Origin: Squalus acanthias | Taxonomy: Eukaryota | NCBI GenBank assembly: GCA_030390025.1 | Contig: CM059438.1 | Location: 68,574,001-68,638,000, forward strand | Direction: 5' to 3' | DNA: 64,000 nt | In this document: piece after piece, positions 49,979-62,807 of the stretch | Numbering within the stretch: the first letter of the stretch is position 1 | How the letters are laid out: each line of letters opens with the position of its first letter | Program-made: the position numbers and the translations under genes | Notes under the pieces: generated by a model | The model's database searches: none | Seen by the model: only the letters and a program-made list of their open reading frames with translations | What the model was told of the DNA's origin: nothing

Positions 49979-52829
49979 CAGCTCCCCCCAGAATCCGCTT
50001 AGGAGGTGTGGACGAGACGGTGCGGACGAGACGGTGCGGTGGTCTGATGGGCCGGCCGGAGCGGCTCTTGTAGGACGCTGGTGGACATGGAACGGCCGGG
50101 CGTGGAGCAGCCAGGTGAACTGGCTTGAGGGCAGATCGGCCGCGTGGCAGTGGACGAGCTACAGGGACCTGCTCACCGGGCTCCGAGTGTGCTGGCTTGA
50201 GTCGGTCAACCGACACTTTATCGGTCCTGTCGCCCACTTGCAGGGTGAAAAATTTGTCCCCAGCCTGTAGCACCTTGTAGGGCCCGTCGTACGGGGGGTT
50301 GAAGGGGTCCGCGGTGGGCGTCGTGCCGGACGAAAACGAACCGTGCCTGGTGCAGGCTTAGTTGGTCGTGTGAGGTGGATTCGCTGTGTCGGGCAATGGG
50401 CACCGGGGCGAACTGTAGCGCCGGTGAGGCGAAGTCGTGGCGTTGCTGGTCGGCTGACCAGGGTGTCGTAGCGGTGGGCAGGAATCGCCGGGTACGCGTA
50501 GTGGCTGTCCGTACACGAGCTCTGCTGCCGATGCGTGGAGGTCTACTTTAACCACGGTGCGCAGGCCGAGGAGGACCCACGGGAGTCAGTCGGTCCAGGC
50601 GCCGTCCTGGAGGCTGGCTCGAAGAGATGCCTTCAAGGATCTGTGGAACCGCTCACACAGTCCGTTGGCTTGGGGGTGGTACGCTGTGGTGCGGTGAATG
50701 GTCACCCCGAGATTGCGTGCGACGGCGGTCCAGAGTCCAGAGGTAAATTGCGGACCTCTGTCCGACGTCATGTCGGAGGGGACGCCGAACCGTGCGACCC
50801 AGGTGCTGACAAAGGCTCTGGCGATGTCAGCGGTGGTGGTAGAGGTCAGTGGAATTGCCTCGGGCCAGCGCGTGGTGCGGTCAACGATCGTCAGCAAGTG
50901 CGTGTGGCCTTGCGACGGCGGCAGGGGCCTGACGATGTCCACGTGGATGTGGTCGAATCTACGCGAGGGGACGGTAAACTCCTCGAGGGGTGCTTTCGTG
51001 TGTTGCTGCACCTTGGCCCGTTGGCAGGCTAGGCAGGAGTTGGCCCAAGTACGCACATCCTTGCGAAGGCCGCGCCAGACAAAGCGGTTGGCTACCAATT
51101 TGATGGATGCGCAGGCGCCGGGGTGGGAGAGGTTATGGAGAATCTCAAATACCCGGCAGCGCCAGGACGCTGGGACGACGGGCCGAGGTTGACATAGGGA
51201 TATGTCGCACTTGACCGTGACTGCGGTCGGGCCACAGGCGACGTCGGCCAGGCGTAGCCCTGGTAGGTTGGTAGGTGCGAAGAGCAGATCAGGGTCGGTG
51301 ATCTGGTCTGCTGCGAGTTGAGCGTATTCGACTGCCAGGTGTGCAGGGCGTGGATGGCGGGGCGGAGAGGCAGTCGGCTACCACAATGTCTCGGCCGGAG
51401 ACGTGTTGGATGTCCGTGGTGAACTCGGACACTGCTGCGAGCTGGCGCTGCTTCCTGGCGGACCAGGGGTCGGTTGTCTTTGCCATTGCGAATGTCAGGG
51501 GTTTGTGGTCAACAAACGCAGTGAAGGGGTGGCCCTCCAGCAAAAATCGAAAATGGCGGACCGCCAGGAACAGCGCGAGGAGCTCGCAGTCGAAGGTGCT
51601 GTACTTGACCTCCGGGGGGGCGTAGTTGGCGGCTGAAGAAGGCAAGTGGTTGCCAGGCGCCGTCGACCCACTGCTCATACACGGCGCCGACCGTGTGGTC
51701 GGAGGCGTCCGTGGTGAGTGCTACCCTGGCATTGGGCCGTGGGTGCGCGAGCAGGGTGGCGTTGGCGAGCGCGGTCTTGGTGGAGATGAAGTGTTCCACC
51801 CCGTGTTTGGCGGCCTCCGCAGAGAAGGTCGGATTGGTAAGGGCCGGGAATTCGACCAGGAGTGCCGAGTAGTCATCCGTGGCCCGGGCGTGGCACTGTG
51901 ATGCCTATGTCGGCGGGTTGACGGGGGGCCATGGCGCCCAGGATGGGGGACATGGTGTTCATGTCCACGAGGCGGTGTCGAGGGATGTCTACCAGTAGGC
52001 CGTGGGCGCACAGGAAATCTGCGCCGATGAGAGGGGAGAGCACCTTGGCAGTGATGAACTCCCATCAGTAGCGGCGACCAGCGAGGTCGAGGATGACTCT
52101 GCGGGTGCCGTATGTCCGGATGTCCGAGCCGTTAGCAGCAGCCTAGCGCTGGTCCTCGTTTGCCCTTTTGGATGTCGAGGGCGGAGGCCGGGATGATGCT
52201 GTGCTGAGCTCCAGTGTCGCACAGGAACCGGCGGCCGGTTTTGTCATCCGTGACGTACAGCAGGGAGCCCGCGTGGCCCATGGCCATTGCGGGGGCTGGT
52301 ACGGGGGCGGACTTGAAAGAGCAGGGAGGTGTGCACTGTTGTGCCCTGGCACCGAACCGTGCATGGTAGTAACAGTGGCCCGGGTTAGTGGGGCACGAAG
52401 GCCCCGTGAGCCCGGTGGCTGGGCCTTGTGGCCGCGTGGTGGCCGGTGAGGGGCGCGCCCAGGCAGTGGCTGCCAGTTCCGGAGTGACGGCGCGGCTGGA
52501 GTGAGCAGACAACAGCTTGTCGGCCTCATTGGCCAGGCCTTCCAGGTCCGTGAGGCCGGACGCCACGATCGCTGGGCGGATGCTGAGAGGTAGCTGGCGG
52601 ATGAACAGCGTGCGGAAGAGGGATCTGGGTGGGCTCTCGTCGGTGAGGGAGAGCATGTGGGAGAGGAGGTCTGACGGTGAGGCATCACCGAGGCCTGGAA
52701 GGTCGAGGAGGTGGCAGTTTCGCTGGTATGTCACAGCCGGAATCGGGACTCGGCTTGGAGGAACCAGGCTTCGGGCTGGTTTTCCCAAAACTCCGGCAGT
52801 TTCACGGAAACTGCGTTCGTGTCCACCAT
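49959..52829 (-). pseudogene. gag-protease-(RT deleted)-RNase H-integrase polyprotein remnant
   Basis: MVDTNAVSVKLPEFWENQPEAWFLQAESRF; CYYHARFGARAQQCTPPC; FLCDTGAQHS; LTTDASD...PLAFFS; YSTFDCELLA; DHKPL; CLACQRAK; HVDIV; SDRGPQF; NGLCERFHRSLK; PYDGPYKV. Confidence 0.9.
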
Positions 52830-52854
52830 TGCAGTGCTTGGAATACGTTCTGAG

Positions 52855-52868
52855 CGTCGGGGTCACCA
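52855..52868 (-). promoter_or_regulatory. Primer-binding site complementary to the tRNA-Trp 3' end
   Basis: Minus strand TGGTGACCCCGACG, one base after the 5' LTR. Confidence 0.88.
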
Positions 52869-52869
52869 A

Positions 52870-53147
52870 TGTTGTGGCTGCCGCGAAGCACGAATTGAGG
52901 CCGAGTCAATATGTGGAGCACATGGCTTTTAATTACATACTCCTTGGCAAAATGGCTGCTACAACTTCTCTCTGCAAAACCCTACTGGTTGAGGGCGATG
53001 CCCGCTCTTTTTAAGTTCACACTGAGGGCGAGCAACCACTCCTTTTTTATGCCTTAAAGGCAGCATGCACCTTAAAGGCAAGGTGTCCGATTTATTGTCC
53101 ACGGACGGAAAAGTGGATTGCGCTCGTTTAGGTGGTGATCCGCCACA
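52870..53147 (-). repeat. 5' LTR
   Basis: Minus strand TGTGGCGG...GCCACAACA, followed by the PBS. Confidence 0.9.
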
Positions 53148-53154
53148 ACATATT

Positions 53155-53896
53155 GGCACAATAATTCGTGAGGAAGCCTTCGTGCGAGGGTAAGGCTTCC
53201 CCGCGATCTCTCACTGCGCTTTGGCTTTTTCAGTTCCAGCTCGCACGAACTTGATGTTCTGGACAGCTGCTGTGCTGGGCTTGCGTATCCCACAGGCGTA
53301 GTTAATTCGTGCGAGCTGTGGGATCATGTGACTCAGTTAGAGCCAATGGCAGCACACCATCTTCCATTCATAACTTTCACATAAGTGCTGTGAAAGCTAT
53401 GAATCTATACCCCCCAAAAGAACAGCTAAACCTCAATTAATTTTTTTTTAAAAGCCATCACATTAATAAAATAAGTATAGTTAAATAAATTAACCATTTT
53501 AAATAAAAAATTAAATTTTTGAAAAAATTTAAAATCTTTTAAAAAGTTATAAAAATAAACTTACCTGTCTTTAAAGTCTCTAAAAAAGATATACCTGTTA
53601 AAAAAAATTCAAAATAATACTTAATTCACTACTTACCTTGTTAAAAGTGGGTCTTACTCCTCCTTTTTTTATGTGTAAAATCTTCCATGCTTACCTGCGC
53701 GTTGAAACCACTAAGTGCACTGCATGCGCGCAGCCTGTAGCGTGCACGCGGTTCACCTAGGAACCGCCCCCTTTTCCATTCACCAAGTGCCGGTTTTCAG
53801 CGCATGCGCAGTGCATGCAGAAAACCGGCAATTGGAGACAGAATACGCGAGAGTACGCAGTGCGTACTCTCGCGTAGCGGCACTAATTTTTGGGCC
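53155..53896. mobile_element. MITE family A, second copy
   Basis: Colinear with 28638-29380; flanks ATT/AAT. Confidence 0.92.
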
Positions 53897-53899
53897 AAT

Positions 53900-54272
53900 A
53901 GTACTTACAGCACAGAACAGTCCATTCGGCCCAACAGGTCCATGCTGGTGTTTATGCTCCACATGAGCCTCCTCCCACCCTTCTTCATCTAACCCCATCA
54001 ACATATCCTTCTATTCCCTTCTCCCTCATGTGCTTATCTATCTTCCCCTTGAATGCATCTATACTATTTGCCTCAACTACCCCATGTGGTAGCGAGTTCC
54101 ACAATCTAACCACTCTCTGGGTAAAAAAGTTTCTCCTGAATTCTTTATTGGGTTTATTAGTAACTATCTTATTCTTATGGCCCCTGGTTTTGGTCTCTCC
54201 CACAAGTGGAAACATCTTCTCTACGTCTACCCTATCAAACCCTTTCATTATCTTAAAGCCCTCTATCAGGAC
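53900..54272 (-). mobile_element. CR1 LINE 3' fragment
   Basis: MKGFDRVDVEKMFPLVGETKTRGH...LWNSLP. Confidence 0.9.
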
Positions 54273-55356
54273 TGAGTGTGTCAGTGAACTGGGGAGAGTA
54301 GGTGAAGATTTTCAGTGAACTGGGGGTGAGTGTGAAGATTAATTAGAAACAAACTGAAAGCTTCTTTTCTTCTGGAAATGGGAGAGGAAGAGGGGTACAT
54401 ACAGCTGAATAAAGCATCTGGATTTCCAAACTGCAGGAATCTGTTCACCGGATGTTACACACATGACTTTCTGTTTAGAAATAACCAACCTCAAAAAATG
54501 TTTATTTTTTTTCCCAATCCAGTTTGTTTTTATGTACCCACGGGCTGCGACAGGAGAGGATACGTAAAGATACACATTAAAAAAAGAGCGAGTGCACAAT
54601 TTTCTATTTGTTGCAGGAAATGATGCAGATTAATTTCCTCAGGAGATCCCCAGCGAAGTAAAGCCAAAGATCTTCTCCTGTGAGCTTGAAAGAACTGCAA
54701 GTAATTTCTGGCAACAGCAGCTGTGATTCTGAGTGGCATGCAGATGAAAAACTAATTCATAACGGTAAGCGCCCGTTCACCTTACTCACAATACCCACTA
54801 CGTCAAAACCATTCTTTGATCGGTGGAGTTGGAAACCAGGCCCGAGGTGATATTCTGTATTTTGACAACTGGGTGCTGCAAAGTCTGAGGTCAGGGGTCG
54901 AGGCCTTCTTGGATCTGAGGCCAGGAGTGGAGATGTTACTGGAGCTGGTACCAGGAGCAAGGTTTCCATTCGGCTGAGGCCTGTAGAGGCATGCCTGGGA
55001 AGCCTGTGACAGAGATTGCCAAGAGTCATTTCCGTACAACGTACAGGATGTTAGCAGTGTCATTGTTTTATTTTACCTTGCAAACCCGTGTTATAAGCTG
55101 GTTAGATTCTTTTTTTTTCCTGTTCTCTCAGAAAGTTCGAAAGAAGAGGAGAGGCTTAAAAAACAGCAAGCGCTGGAATACTCTGTGAACGGCCAATTTT
55201 GCTGTGAATCAAAAAAAGAAATGTTGACGTCTTAAGTGCCTCCTCCCACAAAGTGTGGTAAAGTCCATTTGACTCTGAAGGGAGACAAATTTCATTCTGC
55301 CGACTGGGAATTGTAGTGCGCTATCTTGTTCAGTCGCTTTATTCAAGGTAACTAAT

Positions 55357-55620
55357 AGTCGATTTTAGCCCTACTTGCTCAGCAGAAACCTGGCGGGTGA
55401 GCAGTTAAAATCAGCCTGGCTCTTACCTGTTCGAGAGCTGCCATGATCGCAACATCTGCAATTTTAACCTGCTCTCCTGAGCAGGCAGCAAGGACACGCA
55501 CCCGGAGCCAACAGGGTCCTTCTTTACATCGGCAATTGCGGCCCAGTGACATCATTGAGACCCGACTGTAATTTTAACACAGGCCTGCGCGAGGAATCCA
55601 CCTGGAGTTAAAATCGGGGC
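55357..55620. mobile_element. Short diverged MITE-like element
   Basis: Ends AGTCGATTTTAGC / rc GCCCCGATTTTAAC, AAT flanks, and repeated GTTAAAATC motifs. Confidence 0.5.
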
Positions 55621-56577
55621 AATAGCTTTGCGAAGTCCCTTGAACTGAAATCACAGGTGCCTGAAAGAGGGGCAGGTCTCCATGGGAAACAAGGCTAGGA
55701 TGATTTCAAACAGAACTCTCTGGGTAAGTGTAGTGATTTTGTTGTAAACTAAGTGTTGTTTTTTTTAATTTGTTATGTTAGAAATGTTGGGGGGGATGTT
55801 CTCTCAATGTTTCCAGTGCATTAGTGATGTATAAACAATGCAGGAAATTGGATTAGGCAGGAAAATCAGGTGGAGGTCATTGATGCCCATTTTGTATCTT
55901 AAAACAGTTCCCCTGAGCTTCCTTGCTCTTTCTCAGTCTCCCGGTGAATCCCCACTGACCTCATTTGCATATGTTAGAGTGAGGGCCCCTCATTCATCTC
56001 AGAGCAGATTTGCACCATGGGTAAGTTGAGCTATATGAGGAACAGGAGCTGTCTGGAATACCTGCTCAAGGGGGAAGTGAGGAGTTTTTTGAGCCTGAAG
56101 AGCTAAGAGGTTTTAAACACTAGTTTTTACATCTGGGAAAATGCTTTTTAAAGCCTTTTGGGGGGGGGGGGGGGGGGGGATTTCTGCCAACAAATGCCTG
56201 CATTTATTTCTGACGGATTCAGCGCACTTGCACTAAAGGGACATCCCCTCAAACCACTACCCATCCTAGCACGTAACAAAAGATCAGCCCTCTTTGCCCC
56301 TACACGATCGTGTCAGTAATCATCACCTGAGTGAATGAGTCAGCAGCAAATAGGCACACCCTTTCCTGTATGAGTGTAATCGCCATGAATAATTGTTAAT
56401 GCAGTCTATTTTAATAGAATAGTTGCAGAGGGCCCAAAATCACCCTACCCTTTCCTAACACCGTGCTTCCCCTGGGTACATACACTTGTCTTTCTATTTC
56501 CTATTCGAGTGCCACCTGAGGGCCAGGATCGCGGGAAATGTTTGGCTCCTCGTGCTGCACATGGGACTCTGATGGCC

Positions 56578-56872
56578 CTCCAAAGATGTGCGGGTTAGGT
56601 TGATTTGGCTATGATAAATTGACCCTTAGTGTTAGGGGGGGATTAAATATGTGGGGTTACGGGGATAGGATGGGAGATGTTAGGGGGAATTAAATACGTG
56701 GGGTTACGGGGATAGGGTGGGATATGTGTCGGTGCAGGCTCAATGGGGATTCTGTGTGAGAAAGCAGGGACAGGGTACTGGATTTGGATGATCAGCCATG
56801 ATCGTATTGAATGGTGGAGCAGGCTCGACGGGCCGAATGGCCTACTCCTGCTCCTAGTTTCTATGTTTCTAT
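56578..56872 (+). mobile_element. HE1-like SINE 3' half with an internal tandem duplication, joined to a CR1 tail
   Basis: ccaaagatgtgcgggttaggttgatttggctatg matches the reverse complement of 10250-10370; a ~47-bp unit is duplicated; CR1 tail at 56745-56872. Confidence 0.82.
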
Positions 56873-57977
56873 GCCCTCGTCTCCTGTCAACTTGCTGCCG
56901 AAGTGTGCAGCCTCCACAGTGCTTTTAAAGGTTGTACATGAATTTCCATGCAGTTCAGCTAGTTACGCCTGTTTGACACGGATTTTATGCCTGTGACTAC
57001 ACCAAGCCGGATGCAAATGAGCAGACCCAGGAAACCCGAGTGTAACTCCCGCTAGAGGTCACCGGGGGGCACAACCTCTTTTTTTCAAGGTTCAAGAGCA
57101 GCATAACTCACTTGGAGGGAATTCCCCCAACCTTATTTTTAACACAATGGCTTTGGGGTACCAACAAAACAAGATGGGGCTGCACGCATCTTCAAAAAAA
57201 TCTTCCGAGCAATTTTCATTATTGGTTGTTTTAATGACAGCTGGTCACTGATGGCTGATTCTTGATTGGTTCTTTTCATACTCACTTGCTATTGGTCATT
57301 TGTGGGTTCCCTACATATCTGGTTGTGATTTGTTGTTTCCTGAATGATACTTGATCCAATCTGTTGCAATGTGATAGTTCCCTTGAATATGTGTGACACT
57401 TTGGAGCATGCTGAACCCAAGACAATTTAAATGAATGAATTCTAATAATAATGGTTTTGCATGCACTGTTTTCAAAAATTGTATTAGATCAAAGCTCTTA
57501 ATCTTCATCATTCACTATCATTCACTGTGTCTTCGGTTGAACAAAAGTACAGTCTCTCATTCCCTGGAGCATGTCTATGTAAGTAGAATTAAATGTTTTT
57601 GAAAAAGAGAGCTTCCTTTGACATACATTTATATATTTGATAAAAGCACAATCATTTGGATTTTTAAAAACCCCCAGAAGGATTTTAGGGATAGAATATT
57701 GTGGAATTTTGTCATCAAATTTTGAAAAGTTGTTTGCAGGTTATCAGACTTGTAAAACTGATCTCTGAAAATTGAATGTGCTTCTGATCGAACTGCTTGT
57801 TAGAAGATATCTCAGTTTAGTTTAAGATCAGCTGTTCTGTGCTCATTTGCATACCAATTGGAGTATCATCAGATCGAACTGCAGAAAAATCATGACAGAG
57901 CAGAGGAACGTAAGAACAGGAGTAGGCCATTCAGCCCTTCAATTATGGCTTATCTGTAACTCAACTCCATTTACCTG

Positions 57978-59116
57978 TGAAGGAATAAGCCATATAACCG
58001 ATTCAGAAAAATACACCATTCTGTGAAAGAATTCTGGCCTTATTAAAACATGACAAACTGAGTCTGGAAATCTAGAAACCTAACTATGAAAAAGCTGTGA
58101 AAGCATTCTGGTTATAGAGATAAGATAGTTGTTGACACTGAATCAATAACCTTATTGAAACAGAAGGTTAAAGGTTCCGGTAGTCTGAACCTTTCAGAAT
58201 AAAACAATGGTTCACCCTGGTTAAGGTGTTCTAATTTACACTTCATAAAGAAGCACATAAAAGTAAGAAACATCTGCCTTCGTAAAAATGACATCAAGTA
58301 AAATGCACCTGCCGTTACACCGTTTTTTAGGGGAAACTTAGAACACCTAGAGAAGAGACATAATTCTGTAATGCTACCAGCTGAGGTGACTGTAAGAATT
58401 GCAGGGGTCAGCAGAAAAATGACTAGAGATAATTAGCTTACATCAGCAGAAAACCTTAAAGGAAATACCACTGGAAAAGGGTATAAATATTGAACTCTCA
58501 AATGGGATAGTAGACTCGCTTTAAAGGGGCAAAGCAATTCTCGGCTTCAGAGGCGGCTCTGTAAGTCTCCAACTCTTTGTACCTCAGGGATCAAAGGTAT
58601 TTGATTTTGGTGGATATCCTGTAGAAAACTAAGAACTGTAAAACTGTAGCGAAGTTAAGATTTGAGAGTAAGGTTCTCTGATAATAGAATTGCAAGCTTT
58701 CTCTTTTTTGAACTGTTAATGTTGCGATTGACTCACCAACTGTAAATTGCATGTCGGTTCGTTAATAAATCTATATATTTTTAGAATTGTCTCACATAAG
58801 ACTTCTGTATCAAACTCGCGAACTCAATCTCTGTACACTCTTTGGTGAGGAGTTGCAGAATTCTGAGGGAGTTTTCCGGACCCTCATATTATCCGGAACG
58901 TTACAGTCTAGCTAAACTTATTAAAAGTGCTATCTGGAGGATGGTAACATTTTCAGGTTGTTCCTTTCCTTTAGGGAGAGATAGTCCGGACCTTTAGACC
59001 CAATTAAGCATCTTTAGGATTCGGCTACCTCAAATTTTAGTTGAAAGTGAACGTCTGAGGAATACGCCTGATCTGGGGTAGCCCTAAAGGGGCTAGGACT
59101 AGTAATTATCCCTTCA
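57978..59116 (+). mobile_element. Probable solo LTR (~1.14 kb)
   Basis: Inverted termini TGAAGGAATAA / rc TGAAGGGATAA, TATAAA at 58482 and AATAAA at 58764; lies inside a CR1 tail that begins near 57908. No clear TSD. Confidence 0.62.
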
Positions 59117-59200
59117 TCGACCAGAAACTTTAACTCTGTTTCTCTCGCCACAGATGCTGCCTGACCTGCCGAGTGTTTCCAGCATCTTCTGCTTTTATTC
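59117..59200 (+). mobile_element. Penelope terminal fragment
   Basis: Reverse-complement homologue of 44930-45017. Confidence 0.75.
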
Positions 59201-59615
59201 CATTTACCCTCCTTAGTTCCATATCCCTTGATACCCTTACCTAACAAAAATCTATTGATCTTATTCTTGAAAGCTCCAATTGTCCCAGCATCCACAGCCT
59301 TTTAGAATCATAAAATCTTACAGCACAGAAGGAGGCCATCCTGTGCCGGCTCTTTGAACGAGCTGTCCAATTAGTCTCACTCCCCTGCTCTTTCCCCATA
59401 ACCCTGCAAAATTCTCCTTTTCAAGCATACATCTTTGAAAATTACCATTGAATCTGCTTCCACCACCTTTTCAGACAGTGCATTCCAGGTCATCACAACT
59501 CGCTGAGTAAAACTATTTCTCCTCATTTCCCCCCTGGATTTATTTTGGCCAATTATCGTATATCAGTGTCCTCTGGTTACTGACCCTCCAGCCAGTGGAA
59601 ACAGTGTCTCCCCTG
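59198..59615 (-). mobile_element. Two CR1 3' fragments
   Basis: 59198-59300 continues the tail that starts at 57908; a second tail, agaatcataaaatcttacagcacagaagg, starts near 59305. Confidence 0.8.
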
Positions 59616-60561
59616 ATAACTTTGAACACCTTTTTCGGGGAGCAGAGAATGCCAGGTTTCTACGACCCTTGGGTGGTTGCGTGCAAAGATGTGCATCAGA
59701 TAGTAACTTTAGAAGGGGGAAAAAAGGCAGAACAGCATGAGCAACAGGTTTACAGAGGTGGAATCACAGCATGTCTCTCAATTTATTAAAACCTAAAGGC
59801 TGAAGAAATGACACACATATACATCATGGGGTGGAATTTCCTGCGGGGGCGTAATTGGAAAGTTACACCTGAAATTAAGCTCATTTGTGCGCCATTTTGC
59901 CGACAAAAAGTTACACTTAAGTTTCCTGCCAGTCGCATTAGTCTATACCGAAACGTGAAATTTGGCGTACACAAACAGAAATGAGCATACAATTTTGGGG
60001 CCCGAGTAAAGTTTGGAACGCAGACCATATATTCCTTCTTTAAGCATGAAAATTAAAGTTTCAAGCCATCTAACCTTCGTTCATGCACAGAATGTTTAAG
60101 AACCTGCAATTCAGGTGACTCATACTGAAGCCGTGAAAATGCATTCAAAGGAACAGAAAATACAGAGCAGGTCTCAGTGAGGAGAAACTTAAAAAAAAAC
60201 AACTAAAACATTCACAATAAAACAACAGAAAAAAGGACTTTGTTTCCTTTTGCTCCTAAAATTCTGGGCTTAATTTTGCACCGTTTTGAGCCATAATAAT
60301 TGCAGAAAATTGTTATTTATTGGCACAGATCTTGGCGGCAGTAGCAAATATTCAAACGAGAACTTCGAAGGTCAAAGTGGAGAAGGGTTTGATGTGAACT
60401 GCAGTTGGACATGGGCTAGCCGGTCCTAAGAGCAAGGCCCTTTTAGCCTGGGGACGGAGCCATGATAATGAGCCAAGATGCATTCGGTCATGAGGATCAA
60501 AAGACAGGCGTTAAAGATCGAGGAAATTTGGACATAGTGCAATTACGTGTGTAACACACTT

Positions 60562-61250
60562 GGCGGTAAAAATTGGGTAGCGCCCCCTTTGGGCGCCCCA
60601 AAAAAGTTAGCAACCCTGCGGCCGATTTTCCCAAGTAGCACCCTGAGAGGGAGGGGCACTACTGGAAGCGCCCTGTGCCCCTCTTGGGGCACTGCGAGCC
60701 AATATCACGGCGCTACGTGCCGCAGTACTGCAGGCCTTCCTCCCCTTTTTAAAGGGGAGGTGCCTGGCGCAGTGCGACCCGGGGCCCAGCTGGGCCACCA
60801 GGGATCAGGAGTGCCGGCAAACGAGCCCGGCACTCAAGAGGAGTGCCGGGCTCACGGAGAGCAGCCGGCACCCCGCCGGGGGGGGGCTTCACAGGGGCCG
60901 GGGACAGCAATGGGGGCAGGTGCTGGCAGGCGGCCAGCATCAAAAATGGCCGCCCGCCACCTCCCCTTTAACTAGCGCCGCCCCGGCTGCAGGTAGGGTC
61001 CCCTGACCCCGGCAGACATAGCGTCGGGCGGTAAGTCGGGGGGGCGCCACCCAATATTACAGCTGGGGCGCAAGCGGTGTGCTGCGCACGGCGATGATGT
61101 CATCGCCGGCGGCGCAGCGCCGCCACTAACCTCCCGCTGAATTTCGCGGGAGGCGTTAGCGGCGCCGTGCCCAGGCGCTAGTTGATTTGCGCCCTGTTAG
61201 CACCCTCTTAGGGCGCTAACGGGAGGCGCAAATCAACTAAATTTAGCCCC
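60562..61250. mobile_element. MITE family E relative (shared ends, different GC-rich interior), inverted
   Basis: Reverse complement of the right end, GGGGCTAAATTTAGTTGATTTGCGCCTCCCGTTAGCGCCCTAAGAGGG, matches 30150-30200; the left end matches rc of 31010-31046. Confidence 0.85.
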
Positions 61251-62807
61251 TTTGCTCTAAATCTTTTATGCCGGGTATTTGCTCTATGCGCCGATTGCAT
61301 GTGTCTCTAGTTACAGATACACAGGAAATTCCAGCCCTATAAGCCTGAGTAAATGGCATCAGTTAACTCTTCTCCATTACACAACCTCCTGGAACAGGAA
61401 ACACAAAATGCTCTGCATTAGATACGTGTGCAGAGCCAATTCATTTACTGCTCGGGTCGGCAAGAAGAAAAACTTGAGCAGAAATAAGAGGGACAATGTC
61501 AGTTTTCACTGTGTCTAGCGCTCTCCTCCACAGATGGCCTTCCGTTTTGCATGGCTCATCATTGTACCGCCCAGTCTCCTCTGACTCTGGCCTTCGACGT
61601 ATCCCCCTCCCTCTATTCCACCCTTACTCACGCTGAGTCTATTATTCTTCTGCTCAGGAGATACTGTGTCCGTTTAAAAGTATCAAATGTGATTGTTGCT
61701 GGGTAAACACTGGATGAGTTTATATGAAGGTTAATTGCCATTCAGGCTAGAGATTAGGCTTGGTCTGTCGCAAGCTTAATTAAAAGATTGCAGAATTTAT
61801 GGTTCCAGTTTTTTCGGTTGTGAGAGAATTTTCTGTACAATCCAAATGCCTGCCTTTGTGTCCTTAAACTTTTTTTTTTAAGTACGAGAGAGAAATTTGC
61901 ATCAATCTGTCTTTTTAAGTATGATGGACAGGAAGTGCACGGTAGATGTATCATGAGGCATAGATGAAATGGATTTTATATCTTGATGAAAGATGATGAT
62001 AAGGAGGACACAGCAAAGTGTTCCTGGAGGAAAAATGTGTCACTGGTGGTTAATATAAAATAAATGATTCTGCTGGAGGATTGCATAATTAGGCTTTGGA
62101 TTGAAAGGTGTGCAGCGATGAGATAAATCATGCTGTTTTGTTTCTTTCACTGGTTGCAAAGATGATTTACACTGTAGAGAAGGCAAGCTCGATATAAAAG
62201 AAAGTTGGAAAGGAGGTTTTGATAGTTCCCCAGGCTGGAATAAATTATGTGGCCACCGGTTAGTCTGAGATCCCAGAAAGGAAAGTAAGGCTATGGAGAA
62301 TGTTATAAGATGCTATTACAGAACTGGAACTCTCCTTAAACTGCACTGGGGCAGTCTAATATTAAGCTGAATAACCAGCTTTCAAATATTATTTACCAAA
62401 AACATGTGAGCCTTATGTTACAAACTGCCGGATAATATAATAACAATATGATAATAGTATGAAATATAATAAAATCTGAATTTACCTTCAAAAAGTTATT
62501 TTATTTTTTTAGTATCGCAATGGCCATCCGGCACATTGGAATGAACATTTCTGTTCCTCAGTTCCCAAGCTAATTGTACTCTGAGAAAATACAAGTGCAG
62601 GAATATCTGACATTAGTCTCACCTTCCTCAAAATAACATCATAGTTAGCAGTGTCCCTGCATCACTTCAGGACTTTTCACGATGATATAATGGTGTGGCC
62701 TTTGCCCATTTTTCGCAACCTCCATGCCTTAATCTAAGCATTGCTAATTTCTGTATTAGAGTCCTACTTATGGATGGTGTAATCTTGACTGCAATACCAG
62801 TGACAAT

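Larger units (their letters stand above)
49701..53147 (-). mobile_element. Ty3/Gypsy LTR retrotransposon, CsRn1-like clade, internally deleted (no RT)
   Basis: Paired ~278-bp LTRs (49701-49978, 52870-53147), probable TSD ACAT, PBS, PPT, and gag, protease, RNase H and integrase remnants. Confidence 0.93.

Noticed and set aside
50535..51192. Long plus-strand ORFs opposite the integrase
   Set aside because: Shadow ORFs expected opposite GC-rich coding sequence.
52855..52868. tRNA-Trp fragment on the plus strand
   Set aside because: It is the retrotransposon primer-binding site.
56160..56179. Run of 20 G as a functional G-quadruplex
   Set aside because: Simple homopolymer in decayed repeat-like sequence; its length is error-prone and nothing supports a function.
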